A stretch of 64,000 bases of DNA. It comes from a virus. The notes under the pieces are model-generated. The model was not told where the DNA came from. It saw only the letters and a program-made list of their open reading frames with translations, and did not search any database. Made by a program: the position numbers and the translations under genes. The stretch covers positions 2,791 through 66,790 of IMG/VR virus record IMGVR_UViG_3300027704_000022. One strand, written 5' to 3'. Positions 36,352-45,937 of this stretch are shown piece by piece (position 1 is the first letter of the stretch; each line of letters opens with the position of its first letter).

Positions 36352-37268
36352 TAACTTATTCTTTCTAATACTTTTATACCTTTACCAGTGATTTCTCTCT
36401 TACCGTCTATCTTCATGAATCCATTCTTCAATAGGTGAATCTCAGCATCTTTCTGAACGGCAGTTCTTGACATTCCAGTAACAGCGCAAAGCATCTGTAG
36501 GGTGCAAGCGCCCCTCTCCTTGAGAATCCTCATTACTTGAAGCTCTGTAGCATTGACACCGAATGGCATGATGCCTAGTAGATCACGTAATTTGTTCCAG
36601 TCTTTTCTAGAGAACGTAGATTTATTATTGATTTCTGCATACGCCTTGACTTCCAAAGCTCTTTTGATTGCAGATCTAGCATTGCCACGGACAGTCTCAG
36701 ATATATCCTCGATCAAGCCGTCTTCGAATGTCACCCAACTAAGTTTCTTTTTAATGATTGCACCAAGCTCAGCGCCACTGTATGGTTCAAAGTCTAACTG
36801 GGTTAGACGGTCCTTAAAAGGAGCAAACAATTTATCTGATTCCGTAGTTGCGAACAAGAAGGTCTGCCTAGAGAAATCAAACAAGAAACTAGACTCACCG
36901 AATTCAAATCGTTTGGTCTTAGTATCCTCCACATTAAAGATAGTCAGAAAAGCATTCTCCAAATCTTTAGGTAGCGCATGAGCCTCATCCAAAAGAACAG
37001 TAACATCTCTATCTAGAATAGCTGGGATGAATACTTGATCAAAAAACTGCTCAGCATTTCGAATTGTGGAACAATTGATCTCTATACATGGCTTACCTAG
37101 CGACTTAGCAAATGACTTGGCGAATTCTGTCTTACCTAATCCCTTTGCTCCATTGAACAAAAGAAAAGGGAGTGTCCCTGTAGCCTTTTGAGCCTCTGTA
37201 TAAAACCCTAAACGAGTTTTAATTGCTTTCTGCCCGACCAAACCTTCAAACATTTTAATTTTGCTCAT
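36351..37268 (-). CDS. ruvB: RuvB-like AAA+ ATPase
   Basis: VGQ, GAKGLGKT, LLDEAH, ATTE, PFKDR and RGNAR motifs plus a C-terminal winged helix (REIT.KG). Confidence 0.8.
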   Translation of the reverse strand: MSKIKMFEGLVGQKAIKTRLGFYTEAQKATGTLPFLLFNGAKGLGKTEFAKSFAKSLGKPCIEINCSTIRNAEQFFDQVFIPAILDRDVTVLLDEAHALPKDLENAFLTIFNVEDTKTKRFEFGESSFLFDFSRQTFLFATTESDKLFAPFKDRLTQLDFEPYSGAELGAIIKKKLSWVTFEDGLIEDISETVRGNARSAIKRALEVKAYAEINNKSTFSRKDWNKLRDLLGIMPFGVNATELQVMRILKERGACTLQMLCAVTGMSRTAVQKDAEIHLLKNGFMKIDGKREITGKGIKVLERIS

Positions 37269-37272
37269 AAGA

Positions 37273-37530
37273 TTAATCTTCGAATCGGTTAATAGAGAAC
37301 TGGATTTTAGCTTCAGGCTCTTCTAGAGCTGGAGTCGGCATAGCAGTAATCTTGACTGGGTTATTACTAGGCTCATTCCATAGACCAAGCTCTGTAAGAC
37401 CATCGATCCACTTCTTAGAGACTACAATAGCTGTCTCTTTACCTAGCTGGCTGACCAAGTGGTTAAGGTTAACTTTGACAAATGATGTCGAGCCTTGGGG
37501 CCGACCTCTTCTTTTGGGTGTTTCGTTCAT
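37273..37530 (-). CDS. Small AT-hook-like DNA-binding protein
   Basis: KRRGRPQGS; TTGCAC-16-TATAAT promoter just upstream. Confidence 0.55.
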   Translation of the reverse strand: MNETPKRRGRPQGSTSFVKVNLNHLVSQLGKETAIVVSKKWIDGLTELGLWNEPSNNPVKITAMPTPALEEPEAKIQFSINRFED

Positions 37531-37601
37531 ACGCAAGCATTATATCAACGATCCGACCCCGTGCAAGCCTTTTTTTGCCTTTTTTTGAATTTAAATTCTT
37601 A

Positions 37602-38294
37602 TTATAGGGTTAGTTCTTGTCGGATAGGAGCCTTAATTACATTCTTATAGGCCAAATCATACATCTTTGGCCCCAAATTCCCCCCCCAAATAGTAAGCAA
37701 AGACTCTTCTAGTATTATATTATATACTAATGCCGCTTCTTCTTCTGTTTTAAGGTTTTTTGACAAGCCAAAAGCTTTTCCATTTTGATCTATTGTATTC
37801 CTTGTAAATATTCTAGCCTTAAAACTTCCCTTATCAATTGTTACTCCCTTGTATGAACTATCGCATTCTCTTTTGTGTGGTCTTTTCTTCAGATTATTCT
37901 CTGTTTGAGTAACAATCATTAGATTGCTATGGTGATTATTGCTTGGGTCGTCATCGATATGATCGGGACATACTTGATTACAGATGAAAGTAAACTCTGT
38001 CGGAGTCTTTAAAATATGTTTGTTTCTGCCTACTAGCAAGCCATAGTAAGATACTAAAGGCGATTTAGGTAAAAGGTCATAAAATGTTTCTGCCATTAAT
38101 GAATGAACCCCGATATATGTCGGTTTATAATTTAAATAAGGGATTACACTCAAGTAACTACTAAACGGCCTTGATGTGGTCTTCAAAACCTTATCATTAT
38201 ACCTAACGCTGTAAACTTGTGAGGTATAAAAATCTATTTCATACTCAGGATAAGTAACACCCCGATAAACTGCTGGTCTTCTAAGTGATTTCAT
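37602..38294 (-). CDS. HNH endonuclease with AP2-like C-terminal domain
   Basis: DHIDDDPSNNHHSNL..N; SYKGV..TEEEAALVYN. Confidence 0.8.
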   Translation of the reverse strand: MKSLRRPAVYRGVTYPEYEIDFYTSQVYSVRYNDKVLKTTSRPFSSYLSVIPYLNYKPTYIGVHSLMAETFYDLLPKSPLVSYYGLLVGRNKHILKTPTEFTFICNQVCPDHIDDDPSNNHHSNLMIVTQTENNLKKRPHKRECDSSYKGVTIDKGSFKARIFTRNTIDQNGKAFGLSKNLKTEEEAALVYNIILEESLLTIWGGNLGPKMYDLAYKNVIKAPIRQELTL

Positions 38295-38512
38295 CTGTAT
38301 TTTTTCTCTCTTTGGTATTTAGACATTTGCCCTCTTCTTCCACCAATAGTGCCACGAATTAAATTGAATTCTTTTATACTTAAGTCTTCGATAGTATCTA
38401 AAATCCATTGCAAGTAGTGAGTCGGGACATTTTTCAGGCACTCTTCTTTATACTTACCAAAAATTATAACCCATTTCCCAGATTCTCTTTTTAATATTAT
38501 ATTTTTACTCAT
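38291..38512 (-). CDS. FGKYK-motif small protein (DUF3820/ExoX C-terminal-like)
   Basis: FGKYK..L..VP..YLQW motif. Confidence 0.55.
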   Translation of the reverse strand: MSKNIILKRESGKWVIIFGKYKEECLKNVPTHYLQWILDTIEDLSIKEFNLIRGTIGGRRGQMSKYQREKKYR

Positions 38513-38642
38513 GATCGCAGAAAAATAAACTTTTTATTAAATTAAAAATCTTTTTAAAACTTTTTTATTAATTTTTTTCTTTTTTTATTAATTTATCATG
38601 CCTTATTTGGCAAAATGTCACTCGATCTGGGGGTTTTTGACT

Positions 38643-38888
38643 TTAATCTTCCTCTAAATGTCCTTTCCCATATGTTTTAGTCTGTATACTATCTATACAG
38701 CTAGTAAGAATATTTAATTGAGCGTTATGTCTGGGGTAATATTTTTTTTCCCTCTCTAAATAAAGCAAATACTCTAAAGGTGTGTCGCTAACAGCCATGC
38801 CTTCATAGGGACCATTATCAAATTGGACTTTAGTTCCTTTATTATTCGCTTTACTAAAAGCTACTACTACATCCCAGTCTTCTCTCAT
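38643..38888 (-). CDS. Divergent FGKY-type small protein
   Basis: GPYEG..VSDTPLEYLLY motif. Confidence 0.45.
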   Translation of the reverse strand: MREDWDVVVAFSKANNKGTKVQFDNGPYEGMAVSDTPLEYLLYLEREKKYYPRHNAQLNILTSCIDSIQTKTYGKGHLEED

Positions 38889-38894
38889 AATAAA

Positions 38895-39179
38895 TTAATC
38901 AGTATGCTCGATCAACTTCGTCAAAACTCCTTCAATCCAATTATTAAAACTTAAACCTGCTTCATGGGCGTGTTTCATGTATGTAAATAATTTTTCATCG
39001 TCAAAATTGACCTCAATGCTTTCATATTTAACTTTCTTAAGTAGAAACCCTCCATCTTGTTCGATGAATTTTATCTGATCGCCTTCTTCCCAATCCAATT
39101 TGTTTAAAAGATCATCAGGTAAATCAAAATACAATTCCCCATTAACATGTTCTTTGACTTCTATTTCTGAAATTTTCAT
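38895..39179 (-). CDS. AbrB/MazE-like DNA-binding protein
   Basis: GELYFDLPDDLLNKLDWEEGDQI; start at MKISE preferred. Confidence 0.65.
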   Translation of the reverse strand: MKISEIEVKEHVNGELYFDLPDDLLNKLDWEEGDQIKFIEQDGGFLLKKVKYESIEVNFDDEKLFTYMKHAHEAGLSFNNWIEGVLTKLIEHTD

Positions 39180-39433
39180 ATCTTTATCCATTCTGCACTG
39201 CAATACTCACTAAATAACTGAGTGCCATCTGTATTGAAGCAATAATCAAACAGCCAATCCCTTGCTTCATCTACGCCGTCCTTATCGACTCCAAAGCCTT
39301 TAAACCAACCCTTCATTTGAGCTTCTTTATAAAGCTCTTCAAAATGATCGTCTTGAACCTTGCTTAGTTTTTGGATAAACTCCGCACAAGCGTAAGCTTT
39401 ATCGTCTAGTTCCGCTGCCACTTCTTTGTCCAT
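39176..39433 (-). CDS. Hypothetical protein
   Basis: 85-aa ORF after the tRNA. Confidence 0.6.
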   Translation of the reverse strand: MDKEVAAELDDKAYACAEFIQKLSKVQDDHFEELYKEAQMKGWFKGFGVDKDGVDEARDWLFDYCFNTDGTQLFSEYCSAEWIKI

Positions 39434-39447
39434 GTTTTCTATATGAT

Positions 39448-39523
39448 TGGTGCGCCCGACTGGATTTGAACCAGTGACAAAGGGTTTATGAGACCCCTGC
39501 TCTAACCACTGAGCTACAAGCGC
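39448..39523 (-). tRNA. tRNA with CAT anticodon (probably Ile2, alternatively elongator Met)
   Basis: GCGCTTG..GGGGT-CTCATAA-ACCCT..TTCAAAT..ACCA; paired 1:72, so not an initiator. Confidence 0.9.
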
Positions 39524-39531
39524 ATTGAAAA

Positions 39532-40824
39532 TTAAAGTCCGTTATCTAAGTATTTACTCATAGACGAAAAGAACCCAGTCCATTTTAAAATAAACAAGAG
39601 GATTACAGCTCCTGCGGCTAGAAGATAAATTTCTTTTTTCTCTAAACTCATATTCAACTGTTCTGGAGTAGGCTCCACCTCCTTATCGATATAAATTTCT
39701 TCTTCGCTGAAATCAAGGATCTCAAACCCCACTGGTTCGGGAGTAGTCGTCCCAACCCCGACTGGTTCGGGAGTAGTCGTCCCAACCCCGACTGGTTCAG
39801 GGGTAGTCGTCCCAACCCCGACTGGTTCAGGGGTAGTCGTCCCAACACCGACTGGTTCAGGACTGGTCGTCCCGACACCGACTGGCTTAAGGACAATCTC
39901 TTCTTTAGGAAAGGGGCTGTAGTCAGTATAATAAGAGAAGTCAGCTTCAGTGACTGTATACCCAGTATTAATCGATTCCCCTAACCTAAGACTAGCGTCA
40001 GCATCAGCTCCAGCAATCGCAGAATTCAAAAGAGAGATACTACTAGCTAGTGAACTCCCTGATCCTGACCCGCCAAATGTGAGAACATAGTTAAGAACTA
40101 ACTGTGAGCTGACATTAGAATCTTCAGGATTTGGATCAACAATAAAAAAGGCAGGATTTCCTGAGTCACCGCCAATAAGAGGTTCAGAAAGAATTTGGCG
40201 GTTAGTGTCAATAGGGTAAGCTCCATAAGAGAGCTTAGTATCAACCCTTCTTAAATCAGCGACAAGAGCTTTTTCTTCTTGATCTAAAACTAACTGTGGA
40301 GGGCGAGTATCATTAAGGTCGGGTAAGTAATTCTTCCAATTCGATGGAAGAATCTTACACGGCTTGATTGAATCAGGAAGATCCGAATCTAAAGTATAAA
40401 TTCTGAAATCAGATAAGTTTCTTCTGGCCCAATCGTCAGATGTCTTAGATCCAATAATTGTTCTAGTGTGGACATTACTATCGGCATCTACAAATCTAAC
40501 GATTAGAGGGACAGAAGATATAGATAAAGCTGCATGAGCAGACGTTATAATATGTCTTTTGGTGATTAACGTTCCTCCTACTCTATTTTTATGTTCAGAG
40601 TTCCAAGGGCTTATAGCAGTCAACTCACTAACTACGTCCGCACACCATAGCGAGGGGTTTCGAAGGTAAGTCGCAGTCTTATGATCTTGAATTGTATAGA
40701 CTCCTCCATTGACGGCCTTACTCATGCCTCTAATAAATCGCCCGTCCCATTCAGAACTTAAAGTTTCTGCTAATGATGAATATGTATTTTGTTTCATTTT
40801 TTTAATTGTTTGTTTTAAAATCAT
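39532..40824 (-). CDS. Trypsin-like serine protease domain, PT-rich repeats and C-terminal TM helix
   Basis: GGTLITKRHIITSAH, SDF and GDSG motifs; IYLLAAGAVILLFIL TM. Confidence 0.7.
   Translation of the reverse strand: MILKQTIKKMKQNTYSSLAETLSSEWDGRFIRGMSKAVNGGVYTIQDHKTATYLRNPSLWCADVVSELTAISPWNSEHKNRVGGTLITKRHIITSAHAALSISSVPLIVRFVDADSNVHTRTIIGSKTSDDWARRNLSDFRIYTLDSDLPDSIKPCKILPSNWKNYLPDLNDTRPPQLVLDQEEKALVADLRRVDTKLSYGAYPIDTNRQILSEPLIGGDSGNPAFFIVDPNPEDSNVSSQLVLNYVLTFGGSGSGSSLASSISLLNSAIAGADADASLRLGESINTGYTVTEADFSYYTDYSPFPKEEIVLKPVGVGTTSPEPVGVGTTTPEPVGVGTTTPEPVGVGTTTPEPVGVGTTTPEPVGFEILDFSEEEIYIDKEVEPTPEQLNMSLEKKEIYLLAAGAVILLFILKWTGFFSSMSKYLDNGL
39727..39885 (-). repeat. 30-bp tandem repeat, about 5 copies, encoding PEPVGVGTTT
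   Basis: Visible tandem units of ACTGGTTC(G/A)GG(A/G)GTAGTCGTCCCAAC(C/A)CCG. Confidence 0.95.
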
Positions 40825-41042
40825 TATTGTATTTGTCTACCCAAGACACATTTTCTACTGGCCCTTCGGCCTTCACAAGGCTTTCATACTCTCTATCTAT
40901 CTTTGCATTGTTTATCTGCTTCTCTCTCCATGTGGGAGGGTTAAGAATTTCAGGTCGAAAAGTAGATTTCTCACGCACAGCCCATTGTGTCGGGTGAAAT
41001 ATTTTAAATTTTAAAATCTTTTTAATTTTCATAAGCGTATTT

Positions 41043-41480
41043 CTAATCTAACACCATTTCACCAGAGAATACTTTACGCCCTAACTCCTTACCATCTCCT
41101 TCGATTCTGTCTCCATTAGAGCGGTAAGCTCTAAACCTACGGAACTTCTCACCATTTATCCAAATGAGAGATATTTGCTTCTCACCATTCTCATACCAGC
41201 TATCGAAAGGGCCATGAAGTTTACCTTCATAAATCCCTGCTTTAGCTGAAATTTCTCCATTGATATGATATCGGATAGAAGTGCCAGAAAATAAATTGTT
41301 TTTTATAATATCAGGGGCGCTGTAGAAGGTATTCGTCTTGATATCAACGAACAACTCTTCGCCGTTTACAGTCGGACCTTCGGGGTAATCGGCCCCTCTA
41401 TTCACATACATCTTTACCCCGAATTTAAATAGGAGGCTGATAATTAAAAGGGCGAATGATATTTTTAATATTTTGTTCAT
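41043..41480 (-). CDS. MORN-variant repeat membrane protein
   Basis: N-terminal TM; YHING, GKLHG..WYENG and YRSNG repeats. Confidence 0.7.
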   Translation of the reverse strand: MNKILKISFALLIISLLFKFGVKMYVNRGADYPEGPTVNGEELFVDIKTNTFYSAPDIIKNNLFSGTSIRYHINGEISAKAGIYEGKLHGPFDSWYENGEKQISLIWINGEKFRRFRAYRSNGDRIEGDGKELGRKVFSGEMVLD

Positions 41481-41771
41481 TAGTTTTTTTGGTTAGCCCT
41501 CGACTATTGAGAACGTTCTATTCGTAGAATTCACTATGTCCTTGAACAAGTCAAGAATTATTTTTAATATTTCTACGATTTCTTTTCGAACGGAAAGTTC
41601 TGATGCTCAAGTAAATAAGTGCGACTGGCACTACCGCAATCAATAAAGATAACTTGGCTCCTCTTATAAGAGGTTCTGTGTCCATAGCTCCGAAGCATGT
41701 CGATGAGCTTCGGAATTCTCTTTTTCTTTTCTTCATTTAAGTTTTGTTAGAACATCGACTCCGTAACCAAA

Positions 41772-42242
41772 TCATCCTAATTCTAATGTTGGTTTGTGCT
41801 GTTGAAGAGCCGCCTCCATGCCTTGCTCTTTTATGTCTTTGGTTATTTGCCAAGTTGGGCAACTAAAGTGATTAGTCGATTCAACACCATATTGTATCTT
41901 AAACCAAGCACCTTGCAAGTCTCTTACAACATATTTACTAAGACCAAGTGATTCCTTGGCTTCGCAGAGCGACATCCCGCCGACAACCAAATGAATTATT
42001 TTAATAGATTGCTCTGCTTTTAATTTCTTTCGTTCATCTCTAACGTCCTTCTCCCGTTGTCGAGAGAGAGTTCTTAGCTTCTCTGTAATAGGTCTTTTAA
42101 TATCTCGCAGCTTCTTTAGCTCTGCGAGCATTGGGCGCATAAGCACATTGATCTCTTCGATTTCTATTTTGCACTGTTGTTCTTTATCCATGTTTTTATT
42201 TTTGTTTAAAAAAGACACCAAGTCAAGAGGAAACTCCCTCAC
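41772..42242 (-). CDS. Hypothetical coiled-coil/HTH protein
   Basis: Open frame; the start is probably at MDKEQ. Confidence 0.5.
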   Translation of the reverse strand: MREFPLDLVSFLNKNKNMDKEQQCKIEIEEINVLMRPMLAELKKLRDIKRPITEKLRTLSRQREKDVRDERKKLKAEQSIKIIHLVVGGMSLCEAKESLGLSKYVVRDLQGAWFKIQYGVESTNHFSCPTWQITKDIKEQGMEAALQQHKPTLELG

Positions 42243-42255
42243 ATTGCTTAGAGAT

Positions 42256-42963
42256 CTATATATTATGTCCTACACTACGGAGTTTATCAAGATATCCTTT
42301 TGATTCTTTTAGTCTAAATTTATGCTCACCAGCTAAATGAAAAATATATGGAGTCTTTTTAAGTCTGGCAAAAAAATTCCTTTCTGACACATTATAGTGC
42401 TGTAGCTCTAGATAGGGCATAAGTTTTGATATTTCGTTTATATTATCAACATTATCTTTAACAAACCCCCTGACAATAGCTTGATCTTCTACCCAATTCA
42501 TTCTTGGACATAGATAACCATCTACTAATTTATGGCCGCAATACTTATCTTTTAATTCCTCTGAATAAGCCCACTTTTCTATTATATTTATGACTCGTTC
42601 TGTATTTTTAAGGATTAAAACTCCTGAATTTACTGCTGGAGGGTTTAAAGGGTTATCATCTTCGCTAAATAAAATTTCTTTTTTATATTTATTAATTAAA
42701 TCAATTATCGGGGGAGATATATTATAAAAGAATGCATCAGCGTCGATCCAAATGACGTAATCATAGTCTTTTATGTGTTTAAGTATAAGGGGGTATCTCT
42801 CCCAGTGAGGTTTTCTAAAAGGTAAGGTAGATCCATAAACTCTTTCTGATGATTTGATTAAATCATAACCGTGCTTTTTGCAATAAACTTTATTTATCTT
42901 ATAACAGTTATCTCCATAAGACTCTATATCGCTGTCATACCACATTAAAACCCCTATTTTCAT
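42256..42963 (-). CDS. Glycosyltransferase, GT34-like
   Basis: YCKKHGY, PHWER, WIDADA, NSGVLI and EDQ motifs; start at MKIGV. Confidence 0.75.
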   Translation of the reverse strand: MKIGVLMWYDSDIESYGDNCYKINKVYCKKHGYDLIKSSERVYGSTLPFRKPHWERYPLILKHIKDYDYVIWIDADAFFYNISPPIIDLINKYKKEILFSEDDNPLNPPAVNSGVLILKNTERVINIIEKWAYSEELKDKYCGHKLVDGYLCPRMNWVEDQAIVRGFVKDNVDNINEISKLMPYLELQHYNVSERNFFARLKKTPYIFHLAGEHKFRLKESKGYLDKLRSVGHNI

Positions 42964-42988
42964 TGTGTTATCTTGATGATCAGATTTT

Positions 42989-43516
42989 TTACATTGGAGA
43001 ATACCAATTCGGGGCATCTCTTTTCGTCCACTTAGCGAAGTAAGACTTATCGTAGTTATAATACTCCCTATATTTTTCTACAACAGAAAGATTTTCAAAG
43101 TTAGGGTGCGTCCTGCATTTTTGATTTTCGTTAATAGCCACGGCAAATTCCGTAAGAGACCCAGCTACGACAGTAGATCGATGCGTATTCGACATACACC
43201 ACAGAATAAACCTCTCAGAAAAATGCTCCTTCTCAGTGCGGAACTTTTTCTCTTTAGCCATAGACATACCATGACGAATTAGCCACATCATGTTAGATTT
43301 GTTCTTCATCGCCCAGATAGTGCATGGGTGTTTGGCGTAGGAGTGTTTGCGAGAATTGCCTTTTTGAGTCCTTGGGCAATCGCAGCCAGCCAAGACCTCA
43401 AGGGAGAAACAATTAGCTAACATTTGAGCAGTTTCTACCACCATCTTAGAAACATGCTTATCGCAAAGGTTTTTCGCTGCTTGGTATGGGTCTTTATCTG
43501 TAACAAATATATTCAT
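42989..43516 (-). CDS. Pyrimidine-dimer DNA glycosylase family protein
   Basis: MNIF..D, DKHVSKM.VETAQML, HPCTIW and YREYY motifs. Confidence 0.75.
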   Translation of the reverse strand: MNIFVTDKDPYQAAKNLCDKHVSKMVVETAQMLANCFSLEVLAGCDCPRTQKGNSRKHSYAKHPCTIWAMKNKSNMMWLIRHGMSMAKEKKFRTEKEHFSERFILWCMSNTHRSTVVAGSLTEFAVAINENQKCRTHPNFENLSVVEKYREYYNYDKSYFAKWTKRDAPNWYSPM

Positions 43517-43538
43517 ATCCGCAAGAATCCTACATCAA

Positions 43539-43790
43539 TTAATCGTTACTGTCAAGATCTTCTTTCAATATTTTCTCGATACTATATTCGTAAGATCTTA
43601 AACCAAGCATGACATACTCCCACAAATACGTCTCTATCAAGATGACTTTGGATGGAGATTTTACCTCGACATTTAATTGTTTTTTAATGTCGGTGTAGAC
43701 TCTCATCTTCTCGCGATTTCTATCTATGTCGATCTGGCGGATTGTTTCTGCCGCTTTTTTAATTAAAAAAAGCTTTTCTTCAGCGTTCAT
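43539..43790 (-). CDS. Hypothetical protein
   Basis: 83-aa ORF in operon. Confidence 0.55.
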   Translation of the reverse strand: MNAEEKLFLIKKAAETIRQIDIDRNREKMRVYTDIKKQLNVEVKSPSKVILIETYLWEYVMLGLRSYEYSIEKILKEDLDSND

Positions 43791-43959
43791 CCTGTTTTTT
43801 CTTTTTGAATCTCTTTTTTAATCTAGAAAATAGAGACTCCTTCTCTGGCTTAGCTGTAAAATCAGCCCACTGTTTATTGTCTGGCGAGCCAAAGAGTTCC
43901 GTTAATCTTTCTCTTTGCTCAGGGTCGATATCGAAATCGAATTCGGGTTTTTGTTTCAT
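43780..43959 (-). CDS. Small hypothetical protein
   Basis: Read manually: MKQKPEFDFDIDPEQ.., 59 aa. Confidence 0.5.
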   Translation of the reverse strand: MKQKPEFDFDIDPEQRERLTELFGSPDNKQWADFTAKPEKESLFSRLKKRFKKKKQDER

Positions 43960-44117
43960 TTCTTTATTTAAGTAAATAGTTCGAAAAGGAATTTCAACAC
44001 ATAGAATCCAGCGACACCAGAAGTAATCGCGGCTATGAATTGTATCGATGGTCTAACAGATGGTGGCGGGGGTTTCATTATTTGTTTCTATTTTGTTCGA
44101 TCTGGGTCTTTCGACGT

Positions 44118-44579
44118 TTATTTGAAACTTTTTAATTCGCTTTGGTCTAAGCAATACCCTTCCCCATGGCCAAGATCCTTGAGATTAGAGGTCTGGACCA
44201 ACTCGCTCTTCATTGCATAACCTTTTATATCTACTTCAGAGTTGTTAACTATGCATAGGACATACATATCAACGTCAGCATTGAATTTTTTTGTAGCTAA
44301 AAGTCTACCATTTTTGTAAGTTGTAGATTTTATATCGTAGGCATAACCTTTCAACTTACCATCTGCGCTTCCGCTACGAGGAGTTAACCCTAAGTCGGGG
44401 AAAGTATTAAATTGTTTAGCAAATGCATACTCAGCCTTCATACCCATGACATCAGCTTCACTACCGTCATGATTACCGACCTTCGCATCTTTAACGCCAG
44501 AGCTTCGGGCGATGATCGACCTCATCCTACCTAATTGTTCGCATATTAAAACTTCGTCTGGATCTAGATTTACAATCAT
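44118..44579 (-). CDS. PD-(D/E)xK nuclease-like protein
   Basis: G..AEYA..AD......DIKST pattern. Confidence 0.55.
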   Translation of the reverse strand: MIVNLDPDEVLICEQLGRMRSIIARSSGVKDAKVGNHDGSEADVMGMKAEYAFAKQFNTFPDLGLTPRSGSADGKLKGYAYDIKSTTYKNGRLLATKKFNADVDMYVLCIVNNSEVDIKGYAMKSELVQTSNLKDLGHGEGYCLDQSELKSFK

Positions 44580-44921
44580 TTATTTAGTTTTCTTACGTTC
44601 GATCTGGGATCTTTCTTCCATCAGCATAGCCTTAGCTAAAATAGCGTAGTTAACGATGTCATCACATGCATCTTCTACTGATTCATTACTAACCTTTAGT
44701 TCTTTGTCGTTAGTAAAGCTACGGATTCGCTGGATCTTGTCTATCACCCGCAATAATAGCCCTTGAACGGGGTGAATATCGAGGATAGATGAAGCATTGA
44801 AATTGGCGAAAGGGTCTGTAGATGATTTGCCGCCAGTATAATCACTGTTTTTTTGTTCCATTATTGCTCGACACGATTTGCACGTATCCTCATGCAATTT
44901 TAATAATTGTTTTGTATTCAT
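44580..44921 (-). CDS. Nucleotide-modification-associated domain protein (DUF1599-like)
   Basis: KNSDY, RVIDKIQRI and ESVED...DIVNYA motifs. Confidence 0.7.
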   Translation of the reverse strand: MNTKQLLKLHEDTCKSCRAIMEQKNSDYTGGKSSTDPFANFNASSILDIHPVQGLLLRVIDKIQRIRSFTNDKELKVSNESVEDACDDIVNYAILAKAMLMEERSQIERKKTK

Positions 44922-44923
44922 CT

Positions 44924-45259
44924 TTATTGGTCTTTTATGAATTTACCGCCCACCATCTTACCCGTCCGATCTTTGATCTCGTCATATGCCACATTTAAAC
45001 AATAAGTAGGATCTAATCCCATCATCTTAGCCGCAATGATAATCGTCACCAACATATCTCCTATACCATCAACCACTTCTGGCTTTTCTAACCAATATTT
45101 CTCTGGGTTGTCAAATCCCGATTGCTTAACCGCCTCTATTGTTTCATCCAACTCCTCCTGAGTTTTATCCAACTGGGCCAAAGGATCAGCAGCATCAAAG
45201 ATGCCACGCTCATCTGCCCAAACTACCACTTTCTCTACTAATGTTTCAAAGTTCTTCAT
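44924..45259 (-). CDS. MazG-like NTP pyrophosphatase
   Basis: WADERG, K.QEELDE, DGIGD and AYDEIKDRTGK motifs. Confidence 0.8.
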   Translation of the reverse strand: MKNFETLVEKVVVWADERGIFDAADPLAQLDKTQEELDETIEAVKQSGFDNPEKYWLEKPEVVDGIGDMLVTIIIAAKMMGLDPTYCLNVAYDEIKDRTGKMVGGKFIKDQ

Positions 45260-45530
45260 TGTTTATTTCTGTTTTATTTTTTTCCATTCTCTGGATATGT
45301 CTATCCCAAATATCATCTGGCTCCGCGTTTAACGCCTCCAATTGCTTCCGCATACGATCTTGCATTCTTATGTGATACAACTGAATTGGAAAAGCTACAA
45401 GGACTTTTACAAAAACGCTCACGCAGCTAACCACGGCTAGCACAACACCAAACGTCAGACCAAACAAGGCGCTGAAAAATAAACATTCAATTTTCAATAG
45501 CGTAATTCTCATAATTTTATAAAAGCGCAA
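45246..45530 (-). CDS. Membrane protein
   Basis: Long hydrophobic N-terminus. Confidence 0.5.
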   Translation of the reverse strand: MRFYKIMRITLLKIECLFFSALFGLTFGVVLAVVSCVSVFVKVLVAFPIQLYHIRMQDRMRKQLEALNAEPDDIWDRHIQRMEKNKTEINNEEL

Positions 45531-45658
45531 AGGGATAATGTGGCGTTACCCAGGCGATAGCAATGAATGTCCATAAGAGCTTGGAGCTAATCCTAGACGG
45601 TACTTAGCTATGGTCAAGAGATTTTTTCAAGATTAATAAAAAAAGTGTAAATTTAAGT

Positions 45659-45937
45659 ATGCCTCAACAATTATTAAGTGAAATACACTCCAACGCATCA
45701 GTATCATCAGGAGACTGGGCGGACTTTAGAGCTGAAGTCACAGGCATGTACCTCTTGAGTGGCCAAGCTAACAAAGAATGGGACTCTCAACACTTAATTA
45801 GGGAATATAACAAGAATATTAATGACAGATACGAAGGCTGGACTGGATCTTCTCCTGTAACAACTGGACTATTTATTGAACCTTACAATGACGGGCTGAG
45901 TTATATAGGCACAGGTGATTTCCGCAATTACCCTTGA
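45659..45937 (+). CDS. Hypothetical late protein
   Basis: Lone plus-strand ORF with AGTGTAAA 7 nt upstream. Confidence 0.6.
   Translation: MPQQLLSEIHSNASVSSGDWADFRAEVTGMYLLSGQANKEWDSQHLIREYNKNINDRYEGWTGSSPVTTGLFIEPYNDGLSYIGTGDFRNYP

Noticed and set aside
34640-39530. Prophage att site at the tRNAs
   Set aside because: No integrase, no duplicated tRNA 3' end, and phage-type genes on both sides.
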